62,550 bases of DNA, from IMG/VR virus record IMGVR_UViG_3300049793_000080, positions 1-62,550 of that record; one strand, 5' to 3'. Positions 53,070 through 61,417 of the stretch are shown here, piece by piece. The first letter of the stretch is position 1. Each line of letters starts with the position of its first letter. A program made the translations under genes and the position numbers. The notes beneath the pieces are model-generated. The model had not been told where the DNA came from. It worked only from the letters and a program-made list of their open reading frames with translations, and ran no database searches. The DNA comes from a virus (lineage: Duplodnaviria > Caudoviricetes).

Positions 53070-54565
53070 TCCGCCCCCTCAGAGGTAGCTGCAACACCGC
53101 TTGCGCTATCCCGGGCGATGATGGCGCGGGCGCTGGATTTTGCTTGCCTTACGCGCTCGGCGGCTCGGACGATGCGAATATCGGACGCCGCTGCGGACGA
53201 CCGAAGGCTGAAATGCTCGTCCTCTGCCGCCACCAGCTCCCGCAGCACTTCCATGGGCTCGCTCACTGCCACTGGTTGAGATGCGCGAGCTGCGTAGAAG
53301 TCTGCGATTTCATCGGCCAGCAATTCGATCTGCGCCTTGCCGGGGCCAATGTCGCCGCCCGATGTGATGCGATCCACCAGGAGCGAGCCGTCGCCCATAT
53401 CGTCTACCCAGTTCGACAAGCGGAAGCCTGCGATCAACTCGGCCAACTTCGTGCGCTCGTCTGCATCTATAGGCTGCGCGACTGGGGAGGCTGCAACGAT
53501 AGGCTCCCCATTGAGGTCTAGAGCCGTCCGATTTCCCCAATCGGGATCGGCTGGGGATGCCAGCTCGGCTCGGATGATGGGGAGGGCAGCACGGCTCGCC
53601 TCTTTTGCGCGAGCGGCGATCCTGATGAAGTTCCATGCTTGCCGCGCGTGGAAGCGGTCTGCGGCGGCGTCGTCGTTCATCGCTTCCATCGGCAGGCCCA
53701 TCCCGGCAAGCGCGATTTCGTCCAGCGCATCGAGCGCGATGTCGAGGCGTTGCGCCAGCACTTCCATGGGCTCGCTCCCTGCTACTGGTTGAGCAGCGCG
53801 AGCGCGATAGCCGATCCATGCAAAACAAATCGAGGCATCCGCGTATTCCTCCGGGTCGGAAGCGTCGCGGATGAAGTTGGCACCAGGATGCCGAGCGGAC
53901 CAGAATTTCTCGAACTTCGCCCGCTCGTCTTCTTGCCCCACTGGCCCCACTGGCTGCGAGGCGACGGTCAGATAGCCCGGTTTGGTTTTGTGCCAAGCAG
54001 CGCGAAAGGCTTCGCGGGCGGTCGCTGGAGCGCCGTTGAGATTCCGCAGATACTGCCGGTACTGAGCATCGCACTCGTCGGAATCAAGGCCCAGCATGAC
54101 GCGCTCCTGCATTGCGGCTTTCGGGCTGCAGTCCGGGCATGGCTCGCCACCTTCGCCCGGCTCGTAAAAGCTCGGGCCGCCAAGCCATCCTGACCCGCCG
54201 CACGACAGGCAGCGCATCGCTGTATCAATCGCATGGTCGGCGGTTTCCTCGGTGAGGTAGTAGCCGCTGTTCATTCCGTTGGGCATGGCGATGCACGGCT
54301 GGCCCGCAATCCCGGTGCGCTCTATAGCCAAGTTGCGCAGGTGGCGGTAACGCGCCGCATCTGTCAGATCGCTCGCCTGCGGCCCCACTGGCTGCGAGGA
54401 TTCAAGAACTGCGCGCTCAATGGCTCGGGCAAAGTCGTGGGTGAATGGGCGCGGCTCTGTGATGTCGTATGGGCCAACTTCCCGAGTCAACACGGCTCTA
54501 ACCTTATCGTCTTCGTTGCGCAGGAAATCAAGAATCACGGCGTCGATCTTTTCAGCGGTGAGCAT
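53066..54565 (-). CDS. Modular Ea22/Eaa-like accessory protein with repeated SQPV linkers
   Basis: GGGAG RBS; DAARYRHLR, CLSCGGSG..CPDC and DERAKFEKF modules. Confidence 0.7.
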   Translation of the reverse strand: MLTAEKIDAVILDFLRNEDDKVRAVLTREVGPYDITEPRPFTHDFARAIERAVLESSQPVGPQASDLTDAARYRHLRNLAIERTGIAGQPCIAMPNGMNSGYYLTEETADHAIDTAMRCLSCGGSGWLGGPSFYEPGEGGEPCPDCSPKAAMQERVMLGLDSDECDAQYRQYLRNLNGAPATAREAFRAAWHKTKPGYLTVASQPVGPVGQEDERAKFEKFWSARHPGANFIRDASDPEEYADASICFAWIGYRARAAQPVAGSEPMEVLAQRLDIALDALDEIALAGMGLPMEAMNDDAAADRFHARQAWNFIRIAARAKEASRAALPIIRAELASPADPDWGNRTALDLNGEPIVAASPVAQPIDADERTKLAELIAGFRLSNWVDDMGDGSLLVDRITSGGDIGPGKAQIELLADEIADFYAARASQPVAVSEPMEVLRELVAAEDEHFSLRSSAAASDIRIVRAAERVRQAKSSARAIIARDSASGVAATSEGAE

Positions 54566-54851
54566 GGTTGTCTCCCTTCATGGTTACGTCGATAGCGAAC
54601 ACGCGCACAGGCTTATCGCCAAAGTGGGGATGGGTGATCGTCTCGATGCCGTAGCCGTTCCACACGCGATGTAGGCGGCGCTCGTGGTCATCGCGGGCTG
54701 GGTAGCCCTTGGTCAGAACGATTTCGCTGTAGCTGCGGCCGATGAGGCGCTTGCTCCAGTAGTCGTTGACCAGCCGATATTCCTTCGGCTTCGACCCATC
54801 GCGGATCGCGTCGAAGTATTCGGCTTTGAGTGACAGGACAAGTGCGGTCAC
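54552..54851 (-). CDS. ASCH/PUA-like domain protein
   Basis: LSLKAEYFDAIRDGSKPKEYR signature. Confidence 0.8.
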   Translation of the reverse strand: MTALVLSLKAEYFDAIRDGSKPKEYRLVNDYWSKRLIGRSYSEIVLTKGYPARDDHERRLHRVWNGYGIETITHPHFGDKPVRVFAIDVTMKGDNHAHR

Positions 54852-55252
54852 TTCGCACCCCCAGCCATGGCAGAACGGATGGCGGCGCGAACAGTGGGAC
54901 CGTGTCCGAGTGCACGCCCCCATGCGGGGCACCTAATGATGTAGTGCGTCTTGCCTTCGCGAAGGAAGTAGTCGATGTGAAAATCCTCGCGAGACTCCAG
55001 CCAATCCAGCAGCATTTCCGCATCCCCTGTAGACGGTGCTGCGCCTGATTGATCGGCAGGGGTGGCGCGACGGCTACGGTCGTAGTTCGCGCCAAGGTGG
55101 AAGCCTCGCTTGAAGAGGCTGTATTCCGTGCCGTGCCCTTCATCGACAACTGCTTTCCAGTCGGCGTCGAGTTGCCGTTCCAGAGCTTTGCGCTCGGCGT
55201 CGTCCTTGCGGAATTTCGCCTCCATCGGGTGAATGTCGTAGCGGCCGCTCAT
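54848..55252 (-). CDS. Hypothetical protein (DAEMLLDWLE...TVRAAIRSAM)
   Basis: GAGGAG RBS, ATGA overlap. Confidence 0.7.
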   Translation of the reverse strand: MSGRYDIHPMEAKFRKDDAERKALERQLDADWKAVVDEGHGTEYSLFKRGFHLGANYDRSRRATPADQSGAAPSTGDAEMLLDWLESREDFHIDYFLREGKTHYIIRCPAWGRALGHGPTVRAAIRSAMAGGAK

Positions 55253-55977
55253 GACAGGCTCCTCTTGAAATTCTCAGCCCGCGCAATCATTCCTTGCAGG
55301 CGGTTGCGCGGCTCAAGTTCGTTATCGAGGCCGTGCGAGATCGCGTCATCAATGAACGCGAGAACGGCATCCTGCGGCACCAAGGCGGGCACCCCAGGTG
55401 AAGCAACACCCACCTGTTCCGGCTGGGCAGTTGTCAAGAAATCCTTGACAGGTGGGGCGGGGAGATGAGGTGCGTAGAGGGGGAGCCAGCCTGCGTTTTC
55501 CTCGGGCGGCTCCTTGTCCCAATAGAACTCCGGCTCGTCCATGCCGATGGGCCTGCCGGTGCCGTCCTCGTAGATGAAGTCGCGCTTCATCCACGCCACT
55601 GGCAGCACTTCATCTCCTGCGGCCCCCGAAGGGCGAGCGGCTTCCTGCGGCGATGGCGCAGCACGGCCAACCTGCAAGGCGTCGGACATGCCAGCGGTGT
55701 AGCCCGCATCAAAGCTGCCGTACTCGTAGCAGGAGCCGTCCGCGATGCTCTGGCTGAAGGCTGCGACCATCTTGTGATACCAGAACTTCACGTCCCGGCC
55801 CCACTGATCGAATGAGGTAGTCGGCTCATCTGGCGCAGCAGGGAGAGCGAGGGCTTCTACTTCGTCGGCCCAGCCGTTCATGCGAACGGACAGCTCGTGC
55901 TCCGCGACGAATTGCGCGCGGGATCGCAGATAGTCAGCCAGTCCTTGCAGCGGTGTCGGTACGGGGGACTCAGACAT
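55249..55977 (-). CDS. Modular hypothetical protein (PVAW...PLY)
   Basis: AAGGAG RBS. Confidence 0.65.
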   Translation of the reverse strand: MSESPVPTPLQGLADYLRSRAQFVAEHELSVRMNGWADEVEALALPAAPDEPTTSFDQWGRDVKFWYHKMVAAFSQSIADGSCYEYGSFDAGYTAGMSDALQVGRAAPSPQEAARPSGAAGDEVLPVAWMKRDFIYEDGTGRPIGMDEPEFYWDKEPPEENAGWLPLYAPHLPAPPVKDFLTTAQPEQVGVASPGVPALVPQDAVLAFIDDAISHGLDNELEPRNRLQGMIARAENFKRSLS

Positions 55978-56305
55978 TGCTTGCTCCTTCGGATACGACG
56001 AGCTTCGCGCGTGCAAGGCGCTTTGCGGCGAACTCGGTCAGTGGTTCGATGAATCGGCGGCGGATTTCATCGCTGAAACACTCGGGGTCCGTCTTCACGA
56101 TGGCCGCGCCGATCTGTCGCAGTTCCTCGGCGCGCAGATCGTTGCCATGACACTGGAAGTCCATGCTGTCGGCCTGATCCTGCTGCATGTCGTGGTAGTC
56201 CATCAGGATCAGCAGCGCATCGGGATTGCCCAGCAGGTACTTCTGTTCGGCGGGCGTCAGGGTCGGTACGGGGGCGGTGGGGGTGGGGGAGACGGGGGAG
56301 TTCAA
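55970..56305 (-). CDS. Hypothetical protein
   Basis: GGAG plus TTG start overlapping the upstream stop; start uncertain. Confidence 0.55.
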   Translation of the reverse strand: MNSPVSPTPTAPVPTLTPAEQKYLLGNPDALLILMDYHDMQQDQADSMDFQCHGNDLRAEELRQIGAAIVKTDPECFSDEIRRRFIEPLTEFAAKRLARAKLVVSEGASNV

Positions 56306-56748
56306 AGCGGTAGCTCCAGGTTGTTGCGCTTGGCCACGCGCGTTGCGTAGGCCGTCTCGATGTGGTGCTGCTGGTCGTAGGCGAGGTGATGGCGCTGGCA
56401 CGCGACAAAGAGGTTATCCGGCGCGCAGTTGGTCGGGTCGTGATCCAGGTGTGCCACGGTGAGCACAATGACGATGATGTCCGGCTCGCCCTTCGGCGCT
56501 GGCCCATCGCCGTAAGCCCTGAAATGGAGTTCGGCGGCAAGTTGCCGCGCGTAGGCGTACTCGTGCACGCGCTCGGCCTTGGCCATCCAAAATGGGCCGG
56601 ACCTAGACCGCATCCACATGCCTACATCGTATTGCTGCGCGGTGCAGCCCTCGTGCTGGCATCGCCATGCCGCCCGCTCGCGCGCCTGCAGGCTGATCGT
56701 TGGCCAGTCCTTGGGATATTTGCCCTTGTTTTCCTTTTTTATGGGCAT
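56302..56748 (-). CDS. HNH-like protein (MPIKKENKGKYPKDW...)
   Basis: GGAG RBS; VLTVAHLDHDPTNCAPDNLFVACQRHH. Confidence 0.8.
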   Translation of the reverse strand: MPIKKENKGKYPKDWPTISLQARERAAWRCQHEGCTAQQYDVGMWMRSRSGPFWMAKAERVHEYAYARQLAAELHFRAYGDGPAPKGEPDIIVIVLTVAHLDHDPTNCAPDNLFVACQRHHLAYDQQHHIETAYATRVAKRNNLELPL

Positions 56749-57389
56749 TGCAGTCTCCCGCTCCAATCGCGGTCTCGCTTCGCTGAGTTGCATGACTTGC
56801 AAGCCGGAGCGACATTTCGCGCGGTGTGCCGGCCACCTTTAGATAGTGGGGTAATGTGGTCAACCGTGAGTTTTTTTGGTTCCCCGCAATACGCGCACCT
56901 ATTTTTGTACCGCTGGCAAACGTCTAGCCATTCTGAATGCGTCAGATCACCATCATGTTCAGCAGCACGGCGGCGCGCCTTGAAGTTGGCCTGTGCGAAT
57001 CTATACTTCTCCCCTTTCGCGTGCCGCCGCGCCACCGCCCTCCGCAATTCCATTTGCGACGGGCTGCTCTTTACGCGGGCAGCCCTGCTCGCGTTTTTGC
57101 AAACGCCTGAACAATACGCGGCCTTTGCAGACTTCTCGGGTTTAAAAGAATTGCCACAGTGCACACATGGCTTGCTTGGCTTGATGAGCGCCCTACGGGC
57201 AGCGCAATAGCTTGCCCTCGCGCAGGCGGGCGTACAAAACTTCGCGCCCGCAATTAGGTGCGGGCGGAATGGTATTTTGCAGTGCGCGCACGGGATGGGA
57301 ACCCCGCGCTCCTGCCGCGCCGCACGCGCTGCGGCATTGAGTGTTCTGTTTTGGCCCGGCAGCGCTCGGTTCTCTTTTTTGATCGGCAT
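56739..57389 (-). CDS. HNH homing-type endonuclease with N-terminal Zn fingers
   Basis: CAYCG...TVDHITPLSKGGRH...NVAPACKSCNSAK; AT-richer than flanks. Confidence 0.88.
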   Translation of the reverse strand: MPIKKENRALPGQNRTLNAAARAARQERGVPIPCAHCKIPFRPHLIAGAKFCTPACARASYCAARRALIKPSKPCVHCGNSFKPEKSAKAAYCSGVCKNASRAARVKSSPSQMELRRAVARRHAKGEKYRFAQANFKARRRAAEHDGDLTHSEWLDVCQRYKNRCAYCGEPKKLTVDHITPLSKGGRHTARNVAPACKSCNSAKRDRDWSGRLQCP

Positions 57390-57445
57390 GGTGGGTTGAA
57401 TTTGTTGCCGCAGAATCCGCTGCGGCGCCGGAGCACGCCGAAGTG

Positions 57446-57685
57446 TTACGCAGTTTCCTGCGCGAAGATCACACCATCCGTCGTGGGCTGGGCACCGCCG
57501 ACTTCGACGTAAGGCACGCTGGTCCTGGCTTCAAAGGAGCCGTTGTGGAAGCGGCGCATATCCACCTGCGTGTCGCTGCTCACGCCCGTGATGAAGGCGA
57601 ATTCGACGTTGATGTAGGTAGGCACTCCCAGCTTGGTTTCGCACTTGATCGACTGGACAGTTTGTGAGATGAAGGGTGCTGTCAT
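57446..57685 (-). CDS. Hypothetical protein
   Basis: AGGA RBS. Confidence 0.65.
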   Translation of the reverse strand: MTAPFISQTVQSIKCETKLGVPTYINVEFAFITGVSSDTQVDMRRFHNGSFEARTSVPYVEVGGAQPTTDGVIFAQETA

Positions 57686-57714
57686 TTGAAGTTTCCTATT
57701 TGATTTCAGTTGGT

Positions 57715-57736
57715 GCCAGTGGCCGACTGGCGGCGG
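57715..57736 (-). repeat. Conserved intergenic hairpin, copy 1
   Basis: CGCC-GCCAGT-CGGCC-ACTGGC; near-identical copy at 59170-59189. Confidence 0.7.
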
Positions 57737-57791
57737 TTTTTCTGAATCTCAGTGTGGAGCCGGCGCGTTGGCACCGGCTCGGGGCTGGGCT

Positions 57792-58703
57792 TTAGGTCGC
57801 GAACATCGGCACGCTGGTGCCGTCTTCAATTTCCGCACGCACCGCCTCGAAGGCGTGCTCCAGGCTCTTGTGCGGGCGCACCAGCTCGTACCACAGCATC
57901 AGGCCGCCAGCCGACACGCGGTAGCGCAGGTTCGCCGCGATGACGTAGGGCGCGCCGCCCCTGAACACCGGGATGGTCACCTCGAATTGCGACGGCAGGG
58001 CCAGCGATCCGGCCGGGGTCTGCTGCTCGGTGTTCTCGGCGTAGGCGAACTGCACATCGCCGTTCTCCAGGCGCCGGGCGCTGGCGAACTTCACATCCTT
58101 CTTCGCCTCGAAGGAGCGCACCGCGGCCAGCATCGCGCCGCTGGCCGGCAGCGTGATGTCCAGCAGGTTGTCCTCGATGAACTGGATGAAGTCGGCGTGC
58201 TTCATGCCGCGCTTGGCGTCGACGCTTGCCGCGTGCTGGCTGTTGCCGTGCCAGCGCATCCATTCCTCGGACAGCGGGCAGTCGTAGGTGGCGGTGAAGT
58301 CGCCCCAGCCCGGCGCACCATCGGCGCCGCTGCTGCTCGAGCCATCTGCGACGGGCGGCGCGGGCTGCACGTTCGCCGCGTGCCCGTTGAAGATCGCTTT
58401 GAAGTCCGTGCTGAATTCCTTCGCGTAGATCACCGTCTCCGGCGTCTTGTTGCGGTTCACCCAGTCGATGAACGACGCGGCCGTGGTCAGTGTGACATTG
58501 CCCTTCTTGCGGTTCGGAGCGAGCTGGAACTTTTCCAGGTCGACGTTCACCTGCTCGAGCCGCGAGCCGGCGGGCACGACGATGCCCATGAGCTTGACGG
58601 AGCCCTGCTCGCCCAGGGTGTGCGGGGTGCCCAGCGCTTGGCCGGCGTTGATGGCCGACTGGATGTTATCGACGGCAACGGTGGGGGTTGTGGTTGGAGT
58701 CAT
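57792..58703 (-). CDS. DUF2303 (YfdQ-like) protein
   Basis: AAGG-like RBS context; SFIDWVNR, LSEEWMRW, FIQFIEDN, IPVFRGG...LRYR. Confidence 0.82.
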   Translation of the reverse strand: MTPTTTPTVAVDNIQSAINAGQALGTPHTLGEQGSVKLMGIVVPAGSRLEQVNVDLEKFQLAPNRKKGNVTLTTAASFIDWVNRNKTPETVIYAKEFSTDFKAIFNGHAANVQPAPPVADGSSSSGADGAPGWGDFTATYDCPLSEEWMRWHGNSQHAASVDAKRGMKHADFIQFIEDNLLDITLPASGAMLAAVRSFEAKKDVKFASARRLENGDVQFAYAENTEQQTPAGSLALPSQFEVTIPVFRGGAPYVIAANLRYRVSAGGLMLWYELVRPHKSLEHAFEAVRAEIEDGTSVPMFAT

Positions 58704-58732
58704 GTTTTCTTTCGGAGTTGCGGGAGGGTGGA

Positions 58733-59143
58733 TCAGGCGACGCGCACGCCGGCCTGCTGCTGCGGTTCTTCCATGCGCACGCCTTCGCCGCGCGGCTTGT
58801 CGACCACGCGCAGGCCGTCGATTTCCATCTGGCGCGGGTCGCGGTTCGTCAGGTTGCCGTCCGGGCCCACCCACATGATGGCGGGCTCCACGTCCTTGGC
58901 CGGCAGCTTGTTCTTCACGTCGATGGTGACGTCATAGCGCCCGGCGCCCATCTTGCCCACCGGCTTGATCTTCATGGTGACGATCACCTCGGTGGCCTTG
59001 CCGCTGCGTTCGGAGGCGTCCAGGGCCTCCTTGAGCTTGTGGGTCGCCTCCTCGGCGGTGTAGCCGAAGTGGTGATCCTGCAGCGTCTGCGCGAACGTCT
59101 TAGGCCCTCGCGTCGGGGGCTTTTCTTCTGTCGCTTCGTTCAT
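58733..59143 (-). CDS. Conserved partner of DUF2303 (YfdP-like)
   Basis: GAGG RBS; WVGPDGNLTNRDPRQ. Confidence 0.72.
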   Translation of the reverse strand: MNEATEEKPPTRGPKTFAQTLQDHHFGYTAEEATHKLKEALDASERSGKATEVIVTMKIKPVGKMGAGRYDVTIDVKNKLPAKDVEPAIMWVGPDGNLTNRDPRQMEIDGLRVVDKPRGEGVRMEEPQQQAGVRVA

Positions 59144-59169
59144 TGAGCTTCCTCGTTGTGGTTGGAATT

Positions 59170-59189
59170 GCCAGTGGCGACTGGCGGCG
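59170..59189 (-). repeat. Conserved intergenic hairpin, copy 2
   Basis: CGCC-GCCAGT-CGCC-ACTGGC. Confidence 0.7.
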
Positions 59190-59498
59190 TTAAAACTTCG
59201 GCAGATTGGGCGCGGGCACGACGCGCGGCGCCGGGCGCAGCATTGGGTCTTGCATGAACCGCTCCTCCACATCTTGGCAGTGGACGGCGAGATTCCACGC
59301 CAGCGCGGTGTGGAGGTCTTCGCCCGACAAGCCTTGCGCCTCGGCCCAGCAATAGACGTTGCGCAGGATCGGGCTCGACATGGCGAGGTTGGCATAGTGG
59401 CCGCCGTCCAGCAGCGGCCGCCCGGTACGTGCCGAGCGCATCAATTCCTGCCGCATCTCGCGCGGATCGGTCAGGGCCAGGGCTTCGGAGCGGTTCAT
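59190..59498 (-). CDS. Hypothetical protein
   Basis: ATGA overlap. Confidence 0.65.
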   Translation of the reverse strand: MNRSEALALTDPREMRQELMRSARTGRPLLDGGHYANLAMSSPILRNVYCWAEAQGLSGEDLHTALAWNLAVHCQDVEERFMQDPMLRPAPRVVPAPNLPKF

Positions 59499-60577
59499 GG
59501 GTTGAACTTCTTCAAGCACTCGTCGTAGTGCTCGCCCAAGTTCATGCGCACGGCATCGTCCGGGTAGGCGGCGGCCGTGATCCAGCCAGCCAGGACGTCG
59601 AGCGTGTCCTTGTTCTTGGCCTTCTTCATTTTTTCGATCAGCGCCTCGGGTGTCGGCGGCTTGGGCGCACCGGCGTCGGCCACGGGTGACCCCGCGAGGT
59701 CGGTGGTCGGGCCCGGCGCGGGCGTCGGCGCCGGCGTGGCCGCGGGCGTGCCGCGCTTCTCCAGATCCGCGAGCGAGGTAGCCTCTCCCGCCTTTGGCGC
59801 GGGCGGCGGCATATCGAACCACTCGGCGGGCGTGCTCATGTCGTCTCGCAGGCTCACGTAGATGCGCTTCAACTGCACCATCTGCGCTGGCGTGATGGCA
59901 TCGAGCCGGCGCTGGATGCGAGTCTCGATGTGCTCCTTGGTCACGCCCCAGCGGTCGAACGTCTCGAGTAGCTTCTTCTGCGCCTCGGGCGATACATCGG
60001 CATGGGTGTTGAGCGTGGTGCCGGCCTGCTTCATGGCCATCTCGATCACGTCGCCCGGGATGTTGGCCAGGATGCACTGGCGCAGGCGGCGCTGTGCCTG
60101 ATTGGCGCACAACTCGTAAATGTCGCGCTCGTCCTTGAGCTTGTAGCCGCCGCCCTTGGTGTCGCGCCAGTGCGGGACCATGAACTGCAGCGCCTTGCGG
60201 TTGGTCGATTGCAGGTCGATGCAATACGCCTGCACCACGCTGTACGGGATGCCCTTGGCGTCGATGCCCCGATCCACCTCTTTCCAGCCGGTATCCAGGT
60301 TGCCCCACTCCTGCGCGATGGCCTCGGCCGCGCGAATGCTCGGCCCGGTGATGTCGGTGCCGCCGCGGGAGAACTGGTACTGGCTGACTTCGGCCAGCGT
60401 CGGGCGGGCGAATGCGTTCAGGATGCGGTCCATGCACTCGGCCTGCACGCGCGGGAACTTCTTCGCCATCATGACCATAGCGAATACTTCGGTTTCCTCG
60501 CGCTTTTCCATTGCCTGCACGGCCCCGGTGGGACGCGCAGCCACGGCGAACATGTTGGTGATTTTGTCGTCTTCCAT
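59495..60577 (-). CDS. Putative recombination/annealing partner of the exonuclease
   Basis: AKKFPR...RGGTDITGPSIRAAEAIAQEWGN; adjacent to recE; function inferred from position. Confidence 0.65.
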   Translation of the reverse strand: MEDDKITNMFAVAARPTGAVQAMEKREETEVFAMVMMAKKFPRVQAECMDRILNAFARPTLAEVSQYQFSRGGTDITGPSIRAAEAIAQEWGNLDTGWKEVDRGIDAKGIPYSVVQAYCIDLQSTNRKALQFMVPHWRDTKGGGYKLKDERDIYELCANQAQRRLRQCILANIPGDVIEMAMKQAGTTLNTHADVSPEAQKKLLETFDRWGVTKEHIETRIQRRLDAITPAQMVQLKRIYVSLRDDMSTPAEWFDMPPPAPKAGEATSLADLEKRGTPAATPAPTPAPGPTTDLAGSPVADAGAPKPPTPEALIEKMKKAKNKDTLDVLAGWITAAAYPDDAVRMNLGEHYDECLKKFNP

Positions 60578-60583
60578 TGCAAG

Positions 60584-61417
60584 TTACTCCAGGTGATAAG
60601 GGGGAACGACGATGGTTTTCAGGTCATCGCCGTGGCCGGGCCACACGTTGGTGGTGCGGCATTCGTGGTAGGTGTCCAGCGCGCGCCGCACCTTGCGCTG
60701 TGCCGATGCGCGCGCCTCGGGCGCAAGTTCCATCTGCGCCGTGACGTGCGGGTACTCGGCCTCGATCACAATGAAGATGAAGCCGAGCACCTCCATGCCG
60801 CTGGCGCGCGCGTACACGTCGCTGTAGAGCACGTCCTGGATGTCATAGCCCATGGAAACCACCTGCACGCGGCCGAAGTCTTCCTCGTCGCAGCTCTTGT
60901 AGGTCTTCACGTCCGCCAGGATCACCTGCTTGTCGTTGACCGGGTACACGTGGTCCGGGCGCACCTTGATCTTCACGCCGGTGGTCGGGTCGATGGCGCA
61001 TGCGGTCACCTGCCCGAAGCCCTTGGAGAACAGCCGGGCAATGTCGGGCACGCGCATGGCGCCGGCGCGGGCGGCCTTCGCGCGCTTGAGCGCATCGGCA
61101 TCGACGGCCTGGGCGCCAGCCGCGACGCACTCTTTCTTGAACGCCTTCCATTCGTTGGTGTTCTTGTTGACGTCCGGCCCGACGAGATAGCGCGTGTTGA
61201 GCGCGGCCGGCTCGGTCATCGCGCAGTCCACCATGTTGCCGAACAGGCGCGCGGCCGATTCGGTGTCGGACTCCGGCGGGCAGGCCGGGTCCAGGTACTG
61301 CCCGTAGTAGTAGGCTGGCGAGCGCAGCATGGCCATGAGCCCGCTGCGCCCAACCGCTGACCGATCTGCGTGGTACTCGTCGTTGCTGATGTTGAAGTGA
61401 ATGCCGGGTTCCATCAT
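60584..61417 (-). CDS. recE: RecE/exonuclease VIII-like PD-(D/E)XK nuclease (DUF3799)
   Basis: ISNDEYHA, KVRPD, ADVKT, YDIQDVLY, FIFIVIE. Confidence 0.88.
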   Translation of the reverse strand: MMEPGIHFNISNDEYHADRSAVGRSGLMAMLRSPAYYYGQYLDPACPPESDTESAARLFGNMVDCAMTEPAALNTRYLVGPDVNKNTNEWKAFKKECVAAGAQAVDADALKRAKAARAGAMRVPDIARLFSKGFGQVTACAIDPTTGVKIKVRPDHVYPVNDKQVILADVKTYKSCDEEDFGRVQVVSMGYDIQDVLYSDVYARASGMEVLGFIFIVIEAEYPHVTAQMELAPEARASAQRKVRRALDTYHECRTTNVWPGHGDDLKTIVVPPYHLE

